Shown here piece by piece: positions 55,933 through 64,000 of a stretch of DNA of 64,000 nt (the first letter of the stretch is position 1; every line of letters begins with the position of its first letter). The DNA lies in the IMG/VR virus record IMGVR_UViG_3300003177_000020, positions 1-64,000 of that record, one strand, 5' to 3'. The notes beneath the pieces are model-generated. The model worked only from the letters and a program-made list of their open reading frames with translations, was not told the DNA's origin and did not search any database. A program made the translations under genes and the position numbers. The DNA comes from a virus.

Positions 55933-56067
55933 TAATCATCTTCACTTAAAACAAATTCATAAAGACAAGCCTTTAGAAATTGGATACAATTGGATCATAA
56001 TGTGATCTTTTGAGATCATTTCTGCAGAAAGAATTTGTAATTAACTTTTGTAAAAGGAACAAGTGAT

Positions 56068-57003
56068 ATGAATGATCGAATGGGATCACCTTTATGTTTT
56101 CCAGAATTGTTGATCAAAAAAGTAAAAGGAATCATCCGATTATTTGAGACTGGCAGATTAGAAAGCAATTATGATCTTCTTGTGGTGCTGCCAGATGGTG
56201 CAGGGATCACATTTGGGGTTGAGCAGACAACAGAAAACAGCGGTGGTTTGTATCGATTGCTGCAAGTCTATTGTAATCTTGGTGGCAAGTTTGCAGATTT
56301 ATTTGAACCTTACATGCGATTACTTTATGGCAGCCCAAAAGGGAAGAAGTGGGCATTGACCAACAATGATGAGTTTAAGGGTCTGCTGACAAGAGCGGTT
56401 CATTATGATTCGATCATGATAGCTGCACAGGATTTGTATTTTGAAAAAGAATACATGCTGCCAGCCAGTATTATCAGTGGACAGTATGCTCTCACAATGC
56501 CTTTGTCTTTTGCGGTTATTTATGATTCGTGTATCCATTCTGGTGTTGGGGATTACTTGTCAGAAGAACCACCAAAAAAAGGCACTCCTTGGCATTTGTG
56601 GCGATTTGAAGACAAATTGGATGCTGAATGCGAAGAACATGAAGAAATGGCTTCTATCGGCTCGTGTGAAGTTTTGGCTGGTGATGATTCCGAACTTCCA
56701 GATTTTAAATGGGATGATGACGAAGAAGAAAAAGCATTCATTTCTGGGTACGTGCAGTACAGATTGAATTGGTTGAAAAATCACAACAGGGAAGCTATCC
56801 GAGCGACAGCCTATCGCATGTTTGCTTTTCTCAGAATGATTGAAGCAGATAACTGGGATTTGGAATCTCCTGTTGAAGTTCATATGGCGAGGAATGGTGG
56901 ATTTTTGAAGAACCCACCTTTGATTACAGATGGCAGTGTTGCAGGTATTCAAGTTGTGCTTGATGAGCTTATGTGTTCCGATGACGATTATGGTGTGGCG
57001 TGA
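56068..57003 (+). CDS. Chitosanase (GH46)/lysozyme-fold endolysin
   Basis: IIRLFETG, DGAGITFG..QTT..SG.L, AAQD..F...Y..PA and AVIYDS.IHSG. Confidence 0.75.
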   Translation: MNDRMGSPLCFPELLIKKVKGIIRLFETGRLESNYDLLVVLPDGAGITFGVEQTTENSGGLYRLLQVYCNLGGKFADLFEPYMRLLYGSPKGKKWALTNNDEFKGLLTRAVHYDSIMIAAQDLYFEKEYMLPASIISGQYALTMPLSFAVIYDSCIHSGVGDYLSEEPPKKGTPWHLWRFEDKLDAECEEHEEMASIGSCEVLAGDDSELPDFKWDDDEEEKAFISGYVQYRLNWLKNHNREAIRATAYRMFAFLRMIEADNWDLESPVEVHMARNGGFLKNPPLITDGSVAGIQVVLDELMCSDDDYGVA

Positions 57004-57172
57004 TTGATTCCTGAGTAACAAACAGGTGCAGCGATGAATGATGATCACTGGAAACTGAGCAGAAAGTTTGATGCGATGCTTGCTCTTTTTGATTCTCATG
57101 AGCCAAACAAAAAGCAAAATCCGATACAGGTTGTTCGAACAGATCCTATCTATGGTGCGCATTTGCGGATTG

Positions 57173-58072
57173 CTAAAGAAACAATTGAAGAATTGAGAAA
57201 TGCGGTGATTGGAGAAATGATCTCCATTCGTTTTCTGTCATGTTGTGTGGTTTAGTTGTTTGTTTGATTTCTTCTTTGTGTCTCGTCAGTATTTTCCTTA
57301 AAAACTGCAATTCCATCTTTGAAAACTTTTCAGCTTCTTTGGAATAATCAATCCATGCCTCGTAGGATAATGGCATCCATGCGTTAGCGATTATCGCGAT
57401 AGCTTCAGCAATATCTCTTATTTCTTTTTGTGCGTGTTGTGATGTACGCAGTTTCAAAAAGTGAAACATGTTCCTTGCTTTCATCGCCACAACAATGTCT
57501 GTGTAATTTGCGAGTGGTAGATCAATTCTGGCTTGTTCTCTTGCAACTCCGAGTTCTAATCTTTCTGTGTAAATAGCATCAATTTCTTTGTGCAGACTTT
57601 CTTGTTGCCGTGTGAGTTCTTCGCCTATTTCTTGGTCGATGAAACCATCCGATCCTTGTTTTGAATCTTCGCTTTGCATTCTCCATTCATGCGGTTGGAT
57701 CACTTTTTTTAGGTCGATGGCAGGTCTGTATCGTGTGGAGTATTCATTCAGAGAAAATGTTCTGTGCCTTACGAATTGACGCATGATATCCATTGGTAGT
57801 CTGATTTGCAGCATGATTGTTGGCATCTCAAATGGAGTGCCATGTTCTTCACGCATCAGCCTCCTAATGAGTCTGCGATCTTGTGTTCTTGTTCTGTTTT
57901 CAGTGCTGCGATGTCCAACAAAACAATTTCTGGCAGCACGGACAACATGTTCATCTCCACCCATCCAGTCCACAACTTTGACGTATCCATGATCTCCGAT
58001 TGCTATGGCGTGTTCTTCCAGAGTTTTGAGTTGTTTGATGTTTGCATATTTAGGATATTTGTTCATTTTCAT
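57173..58072 (-). CDS. thyX: Flavin-dependent thymidylate synthase
   Basis: HGTPFE, RQFVRHRTFSLNEYSTRY, REQAR and HAQKEIR. Confidence 0.95.
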   Translation of the reverse strand: MKMNKYPKYANIKQLKTLEEHAIAIGDHGYVKVVDWMGGDEHVVRAARNCFVGHRSTENRTRTQDRRLIRRLMREEHGTPFEMPTIMLQIRLPMDIMRQFVRHRTFSLNEYSTRYRPAIDLKKVIQPHEWRMQSEDSKQGSDGFIDQEIGEELTRQQESLHKEIDAIYTERLELGVAREQARIDLPLANYTDIVVAMKARNMFHFLKLRTSQHAQKEIRDIAEAIAIIANAWMPLSYEAWIDYSKEAEKFSKMELQFLRKILTRHKEEIKQTTKPHNMTENEWRSFLQSPHFSILQLFL

Positions 58073-58367
58073 CCCTTTCTAGTTTTGCAAGACATGCATC
58101 TATCAGCCATGTCGTGCGTGTTGTGGTTTGTGTTCTGGTATCAATTTGATACAGAAGATCGTGCGAAACCCAGAATGATACTTTTTGTCGGTTTGCCATA
58201 AGTTCATGCGCGGATGTTTTATATTTTGAGTTTGCATTTTGTTTGAATTTTTCGAAGATCGCAGAAATTATCCATTCGCCTAGATGCTGATGTTTTGAAA
58301 ATGCATCTTTTAGCATTCGCTGTTTGAGTTCTTTTCCGACTCGAAATTGGATATTAAATTCACGCAT
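58050..58367 (-). CDS. Tandem RHH-like regulator
   Basis: Two beta-alpha-alpha units (IQFRVGKELK and VSFWVSHDLL). Confidence 0.5.
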   Translation of the reverse strand: MREFNIQFRVGKELKQRMLKDAFSKHQHLGEWIISAIFEKFKQNANSKYKTSAHELMANRQKVSFWVSHDLLYQIDTRTQTTTRTTWLIDACLAKLERDENEQIS

Positions 58368-58446
58368 TGATTTTCCTTTTTGACTGTGATTATATTTTGT
58401 CCTACGATTATGCAGACTTATTTTTATGCGTCAAATGGAGTTGCGT

Positions 58447-58665
58447 ATGGTACAAAATTCAGATGTTGATCATCCCAAACATTACAATACGGGAACCATA
58501 GAAACTATCGAATACTTGGAGTCTTTGGGTATTGCTGAAGATTTTTGTGTTGGGAATGCGATCAAGTATTTGTCCAGATACAAGCATAAAGGAACCCCAG
58601 TGCAGGATTTGAAGAAAGCGCAGTGGTATATTGAGCGTGCGATCCAATTACAGGGTGAGGGTTGA
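58447..58665 (+). CDS. DUF3310 (T7 gp1.7-like nucleotide kinase / SaV-like)
   Basis: VDHPKHY, GNAIKYLSR and DLKKAQWYI. Confidence 0.9.
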   Translation: MVQNSDVDHPKHYNTGTIETIEYLESLGIAEDFCVGNAIKYLSRYKHKGTPVQDLKKAQWYIERAIQLQGEG

Positions 58666-59023
58666 GATTTTGAAGTTTGAGCATTTTGAAGTTTTATCAC
58701 TGGATAGCGAGGAGAAAATACACAAGTTTATTCAATTCTTGGAAGCCCAAGTTTCAATGGCTCCGAGCAGTGTTTCTTTTTCGTTATCGATAAAAATGAC
58801 TCGTGATGTTGATTTTACATTTGCAGATGTTGTACCGCATCCGTGCGTAGTGTTGCATGATTTGGCTGCGAATATATCGGAAGAAAAGGTTGTACAATCA
58901 CAAGAAAAAGTTGAAAATAAAGTTACAGACAACATTGTGGCGAAGAAAGAAGATGTTGTCAGTGATCGCAAAATTGAGATCAAAAAAAGAAGACGAAGAA
59001 GGCGTTATGCTATTGATGCCTGA
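58631..59023 (+). CDS. Hypothetical protein with Arg-rich tail
   Basis: ORF in operon; start uncertain. Confidence 0.45.
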   Translation: MSVRSNYRVRVEILKFEHFEVLSLDSEEKIHKFIQFLEAQVSMAPSSVSFSLSIKMTRDVDFTFADVVPHPCVVLHDLAANISEEKVVQSQEKVENKVTDNIVAKKEDVVSDRKIEIKKRRRRRRYAIDA

Positions 59024-59904
59024 TCAAAGTTGAGTTCTATGGTGAGTCCATTGAAGCTATCGAAAAGGATGGTCGGATTTGGGTAAGCCTCAAGAAGATG
59101 TGTCAGAACATGGGGGTCAAAGACTCACAGAGGCAAATTGAAAAAGTGCAGCAAGATCCAACATTTGATGGTGGTTACGGGCTTATGCCTGTGACGTACA
59201 AGCAAGGTGGTACGAAAGAAACATTCATGCTTGATTTAGAGTTTCTGCCATTCTGGCTGGGTTCTATTCAGATCAACCGAGTTCGCAATGGAGAAGTGAA
59301 AAAGAAACTTGTTTTGTACAAAAGAGAGTGTGTGCGTGTGTTGCGAGATCACTTTTTCGGATCACATCAGGAAGATCAAAAACAAGAGATTGGATCGGGT
59401 TTGGATGCGATGGCTCTCCAGAACAATTTGCTGATGCAAAGTATGCAAGCGATGGTGCAGCAGGGGCAGATGCTCGGCACTGTGATCACTGAGTTGAAGG
59501 CGACGCAGCGTGAAGCCTATGAAGCCAAACAAAGAGCCGTTGTTGCTAAAACCAAGGCAGAACAAGCCATCGGTATCGCAAAGCAAGCAAACGAAAAACA
59601 AGAAGCATTTGTTGAAGGATTCCGACGCGCACTCCCAACACCTACAGCGAATGTTTCAAACCGCACAGAAAGATCATACCTTGTTGAACGTATGCAGATG
59701 ATCGGTCACGTAACAGGTGATTATCGCGGGTGCTGGCGGGAGTTGTACAAAGAGTTCAAACACCGTGAGCAGATTGATCTTAAACGACGATCCAAAAATT
59801 CCCAAGGAAAGAGCAAATTGGATATTGCAGAAGATCTTGGAGTGATCGGCAAATTGTATGCTTTATCTTTTGTTCTTTGGGATAATATTCAAGGTGAAAA
59901 GTAA
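59020..59904 (+). CDS. Antirepressor (P22 Ant N-terminal domain); true start missing or frameshifted
   Basis: IKVEFYGE.I....DGRIWVSLKKMC in frame upstream of 59098; LPFWLGSI, KLVLYKREC..VLRDHF. Confidence 0.8.
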   Translation: MIKVEFYGESIEAIEKDGRIWVSLKKMCQNMGVKDSQRQIEKVQQDPTFDGGYGLMPVTYKQGGTKETFMLDLEFLPFWLGSIQINRVRNGEVKKKLVLYKRECVRVLRDHFFGSHQEDQKQEIGSGLDAMALQNNLLMQSMQAMVQQGQMLGTVITELKATQREAYEAKQRAVVAKTKAEQAIGIAKQANEKQEAFVEGFRRALPTPTANVSNRTERSYLVERMQMIGHVTGDYRGCWRELYKEFKHREQIDLKRRSKNSQGKSKLDIAEDLGVIGKLYALSFVLWDNIQGEK

Positions 59905-59906
59905 CC

Positions 59907-61388
59907 ATGTCTGAACCGCAAGAATTTACAATTGATCCTGTGAGTATCGTTGCTGCTGGTGACATTGGACATATCCGATCTATACGCAGAAAGATTAAAG
60001 AAAAAAAAGGTTATCTTGCCAGCCGTGTGATGGATGTTCAGCAGCGGAACAATGCTGTGATTAAGCAGCTAGTCTTGGAAGAAGACAGGATCGATATTCT
60101 TGCGCAGCATGTATTAGGTTATGACCCGCAAGACATACATCATGAGATGATGGAGTTTCAAAAAACCCATAAGGAAGGGATGATCCTTGCGTGGCGCGGT
60201 GCTGCAAAAACAACTTTTTGTACGATCACATTTGCTATTTTCAATATCATAAAAAACCCAGATATTCGGATACTTCTTGCTTCATCTGCGATTGATCAAG
60301 CGCGTGTGTTCTTGAAGTCGATCAAGTTGCATTTTGAGACAAACGAACGATTGATCGAGATCTTTGGTGATTTTTTCACAGGAGCGAGATCGTGGACTGA
60401 AACGGATATCATTGTTCCGCAGCGCAGATCGTTTGCAGGTGAATCCACACTTTTGGCTACAGGTATCGGGACTGCGTTACCATCACGTCACTTTGATTTG
60501 ATCATTGCAGATGACCTTGTTATTCGAAAAAATGCCCAAACTGAGCATCTTAGAAAAAAAGTTCATCAGTATTTTTACGAGACTCTGTATCCCACACTAG
60601 AATCACCTGATGGCAGACTTTATGTGTTGGGTACGCGGTGGCATGAAGAAGATCTGTACAAGTGGTTTGCCGATAATGATTACAAAAACGATCATTTGAT
60701 TATCAGTGTTTTTGATGAGGATGGTGAGTCACGGTGGGCAGAAAAATATCCTAAAGAAAGAATGCAAAAGATCCAACGTGCAAATCCAGATGCTTTTGAT
60801 CTCCAATACATGTGTCAAACTGGCGCGACGCAGGGTACAATTTTTACTGAGCATCATTTCCAATATTACGAGGAGTTACCAGCGGGTGTTAGGATTTGGC
60901 AGGGTTTGGATTTGGCTATCGGTACAGCTGCACACAATGATTTCTTTGCGCACGTTACGATTGCTGTTTGTCCTGAAACAAAAGGTGTGTATTTGGTGTC
61001 GTTTCGTTTGAAAAAGTTACAATTCCCACAGCAAGTAAATTTTATTCGATCACGGTTTCAAGACTATCCTGATACTCAAAAAGTGGTTCTTGAAACCAAT
61101 TCATATCAAAGGGCAATGTTTCAGCAGTTACGTCATCAATTCCCTGATATTCCTGTTCTTGGAATACAGACAACAAAGGATAAAATTGCTCGCGCACAAA
61201 AGCTGGCTTGGAATGCTACATCCAATCCGATATATGTGTTGGAGCGTCATTATAAATTCGTGAAGTTGTTTCTAGGATTCCCACATATTAAGGGATCAAA
61301 AGATTTGTTTGATGCATTTGATATTGTCTATACACAAGCCACCAAAAAAAGCCGTAGAAGGCGTCGCAGCACACCGTCTTTGATCTAA
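59907..61388 (+). CDS. terL: Terminase large subunit
   Basis: AWRGAAKTT, IIADD, GTRWHEED, GLDLA and C-terminal DLFDA. Confidence 0.92.
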   Translation: MSEPQEFTIDPVSIVAAGDIGHIRSIRRKIKEKKGYLASRVMDVQQRNNAVIKQLVLEEDRIDILAQHVLGYDPQDIHHEMMEFQKTHKEGMILAWRGAAKTTFCTITFAIFNIIKNPDIRILLASSAIDQARVFLKSIKLHFETNERLIEIFGDFFTGARSWTETDIIVPQRRSFAGESTLLATGIGTALPSRHFDLIIADDLVIRKNAQTEHLRKKVHQYFYETLYPTLESPDGRLYVLGTRWHEEDLYKWFADNDYKNDHLIISVFDEDGESRWAEKYPKERMQKIQRANPDAFDLQYMCQTGATQGTIFTEHHFQYYEELPAGVRIWQGLDLAIGTAAHNDFFAHVTIAVCPETKGVYLVSFRLKKLQFPQQVNFIRSRFQDYPDTQKVVLETNSYQRAMFQQLRHQFPDIPVLGIQTTKDKIARAQKLAWNATSNPIYVLERHYKFVKLFLGFPHIKGSKDLFDAFDIVYTQATKKSRRRRRSTPSLI

Positions 61389-61463
61389 TCCTTTTTTTGG
61401 TGTTATTATGCAGATCGAATTTGGATACTTGTGTGTTTTATTCACTCTTAGAGGTAAAGAAAA

Positions 61464-62073
61464 ATGTCCAGTACAGTCGGATCATCTTCGTTTTTCACAA
61501 AAGCAAAAGCCACAAATGCAAATCTTGATATTCGCACAGTTGGCTTCACTCCCAGCAAAGTTGTTGTCAGAAATGCAACTTCAGGTGCCATGCTTGAATG
61601 GCAAGAGCATGTCGTTGATGGCGGTGGCTTCAAGACCGTTGCAGCAGGTACACGATCTTTCGTGACCAGTAATGGTATTTCCTTGTTGGCAGCATCGGGA
61701 AGTACTCCTGCTGGTATTCGGATCGGAAACCTTGCAGATATCAATGATACTGCTGGTGAAGATTTGTACATTGAGTGTTGGAGCTAGTCGGTTCCCGTTT
61801 TATGTGCTGTTCCCAAAAATGATCAATTTATAAGGTGTGGTTATGCCAGAAATAAAAAAAGATTTTGGTGAAGGTGGAGCAAATTTGATCCCAAATGATC
61901 AATCAGGGTCGCCAAGCCTTGCAGATGTGTTGCGCGGATCTGTGGATGATGATGCTACACTTCGCACTGCGTTTATTTCGTTGTTGCAAAAATTGGATGC
62001 CGATGTGGGTGTTACGGATACCGACTATGAAGCATCTTTGACGCCAGCAGCTCAAGTTAACACCAAAGGATAA
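61464..62073 (+). CDS. Two small probable virion proteins (61464..61787, 61843..62073)
   Basis: Between terL and portal; GFTPSKVVVRN beta-rich motif. Confidence 0.5.
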
Positions 62074-62081
62074 ATCATCGG

Positions 62082-63755
62082 ATGTCGGAGCCTATATCGC
62101 TACAAGGCGTTGATTCCAATGGCGTGCCTGTAAAACTCCGCGCTCGATTGGTGGAGGTAAAACAGCCAATAACAAAAGCTGTTGGTGAGCCAAATCCTGA
62201 CGCTGCCAGTTCCAATGCTTTAGGTGAGGAAGAATTATTTTCTCAGCTTGAAGGGCTTAATCGAACGGTTGAGCCACCGTACAACTTGCAGGGTTTGGCT
62301 CGCTATCCTCACCGATCCACAATATTGCTTCAGAATATCAATGCGATGGTTGTGAATACTGTTGGTTTCGGGTGGCAGTTGCGTGAAGTAAAAATGCCTG
62401 AAGAAGTGAGGGCAGCGCATAAAACTGAAATTGAAACTGAGAAATTCAAACTTGAACACTTTTTGAAGCATTGCAATTTTTTCAATTCGTTGACGCATAT
62501 TCGGAAGCAAGAGCATTTTGACAAATACACAACTGGGAACGGTTATGTTGAGATTGTTCGCAGTCCTACAGGCAAAATTGTCAATTTAAATCATGTTCTT
62601 GGTCATGCAATCCGTATGACTTACCGAGAAGATGACGCGGTTGAAGTTGCCGTGAAGGTCGCACTCCCCCATGAAAACTTCAAAATGCGCACCATATCTT
62701 CTTATGTGCGATTCCGACGATATGTCATGTTTAGAGGATCAACACCTGTGTTTTTCAAGCAAGCGGGTGATCCTCGTATTTTGGACAAACGCACAGGTGA
62801 ATACACAACTGAAAATTTGCCTATTCGCTATCGTGCAACAGAATTGATACACAATCGCATTTACGATCCCACAACGCCTTATGGTGTGCCTTATTATATC
62901 GGCACTGTTTTAGGTATCGATGGTTCCAGAAAATCGGAAGAAATAAATCACAATACTATGAACTCAAATGCGATTCCATCCGCAATGGTGATTGTTGAGA
63001 ATGGGCAGCTTACTGAAGATTCAATAAAACGACTTCAAGAGTTCATTCAGTCGCAAGTTCAGAGTGATACAAATTATTCAAAGTTTTTGTTGATCGAAGG
63101 TGAGTCATTGGAAGAAGGATCGATGGCTCCGATGAATTTGCGTATTCGTATTGAGCCTATGAAAAGGTTGCAACAAACGGATGAAATGTTCCAAGACTAC
63201 GATCAAAACAACCGCGAAAAAACACGACAATCTTTCAGGCTTCCACCTTTGTTTTCTGGCAACGCAAATGATTACAAGCGCGATAATGTTTCGATTCTTC
63301 GGGACATTGCGGATGAACAAGTGTTTGCTCCTGAGCGCGATCATACCGATGATTTGATCAACCGATACGTGCTGAATCCTTTAGGTGTAAAATATCATCG
63401 GTTTCGATCTCTGAATCCAAACGTGACTGATGACACTGAATTGATACGCTTGATGGGCATGGCAGAGCGTTCAGGTGCGATGACTCCGCGACGTGCAGAT
63501 CGGATTATTCGGGATGTGTTTGGTGATGATATCGGACAGCAACCGCAAGGTATCGATCTGGATATTCCGTTTACAATTCAGTTTGCGAATGCCCAAAATG
63601 GTGCGCTTACAAATTTGAATAGCAGCGCGACATCGACATCTGATAATCTGCTTGGTGACTTGATGAAATTGAATAAAAGCGTTGACGGATCGGTTATGCT
63701 GCCTTTTACGTCGCAGGATGAATTGTTGGAAATTTGGAAATCTTGGGAGTCCTAG
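62082..63755 (+). CDS. Portal protein
   Basis: TGNGYVEIVR, ELIH, YGVPYY and FRLPPLF.G. Confidence 0.9.
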   Translation: MSEPISLQGVDSNGVPVKLRARLVEVKQPITKAVGEPNPDAASSNALGEEELFSQLEGLNRTVEPPYNLQGLARYPHRSTILLQNINAMVVNTVGFGWQLREVKMPEEVRAAHKTEIETEKFKLEHFLKHCNFFNSLTHIRKQEHFDKYTTGNGYVEIVRSPTGKIVNLNHVLGHAIRMTYREDDAVEVAVKVALPHENFKMRTISSYVRFRRYVMFRGSTPVFFKQAGDPRILDKRTGEYTTENLPIRYRATELIHNRIYDPTTPYGVPYYIGTVLGIDGSRKSEEINHNTMNSNAIPSAMVIVENGQLTEDSIKRLQEFIQSQVQSDTNYSKFLLIEGESLEEGSMAPMNLRIRIEPMKRLQQTDEMFQDYDQNNREKTRQSFRLPPLFSGNANDYKRDNVSILRDIADEQVFAPERDHTDDLINRYVLNPLGVKYHRFRSLNPNVTDDTELIRLMGMAERSGAMTPRRADRIIRDVFGDDIGQQPQGIDLDIPFTIQFANAQNGALTNLNSSATSTSDNLLGDLMKLNKSVDGSVMLPFTSQDELLEIWKSWES

Positions 63756-64000
63756 ATGCGAAAAGAAAAAGTGCAAATACAGAAGTTTGAGTTGCCAAAA
63801 AATATGGAGATGCTCGATTTTGCGGGACTTGTAATGTCTGCAGTTTCGGAAGTTTCAAGGCGTGAGAATAAAGATCTTGGATTAATCGGTATTTTTTCAG
63901 ATCACATCGTAGTGCAGGATTGGTCAACTGGTGAAAATTTCAAACTAGATCTGACTGTTTCTGGTTCTAATGTTACTTTGGGTGACAAACTTGTGCCAGT
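63756..64000 (+). CDS. Head-module gene, truncated by window end
   Basis: ATG immediately after the portal stop; frame open to the window end. Confidence 0.5.
   Translation, partial: MRKEKVQIQKFELPKNMEMLDFAGLVMSAVSEVSRRENKDLGLIGIFSDHIVVQDWSTGENFKLDLTVSGSNVTLGDKLVP

Noticed and set aside
1-64000. tRNA/rRNA genes, integrase, transposase, intein or reverse transcriptase
   Set aside because: No recognisable motifs by eye; a tRNAscan-SE or HMM search would be needed to exclude them fully.

Overview
This window is 64 kb of a large tailed dsDNA phage with a contractile (myovirus-type) tail, about 40% GC, with no host genes. Layout: tape measure, baseplate, tail fibre and holin/spanin-like genes (1-12.3 kb); a replication/recombination block (12.4-34 kb: SF2 helicase, primase-helicase, AAA+/DUF/VWA trio, UDG-fused PolA, UvsY-like, SSB, 5' exonuclease, RecA, Mre11/Rad50, ParB-MTase, RuvC); a TerS-like gene followed by a helically phased repeat and a sharp strand-composition flip (36.8-38.7 kb, candidate pac site or genome end); an early accessory region of small genes behind copies of one sigma70-type promoter (38.7-54.3 kb); a non-coding five-unit repeat array (55.7-55.9 kb); then a GH46-like endolysin, ThyX, DUF3310, antirepressor, TerL and portal (56-64 kb). 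Best findings: (1) a clear AcrVA2-family anti-CRISPR gene whose catalytic HxRRxHWH half is in a frame the ORF track misses; (2) a tandem Csx20-like protein, a candidate ring nuclease or cOA sponge; (3) GATC at the identical spacer position in five early promoters, in a GATC-rich genome encoding a ParB-fused beta-class MTase; (4) the GGGTGGGTAAAGT array; (5) about 11 genes broken by short missing segments, most likely stripped assembly gaps. All family calls are from motif recognition by eye; no searches were run.
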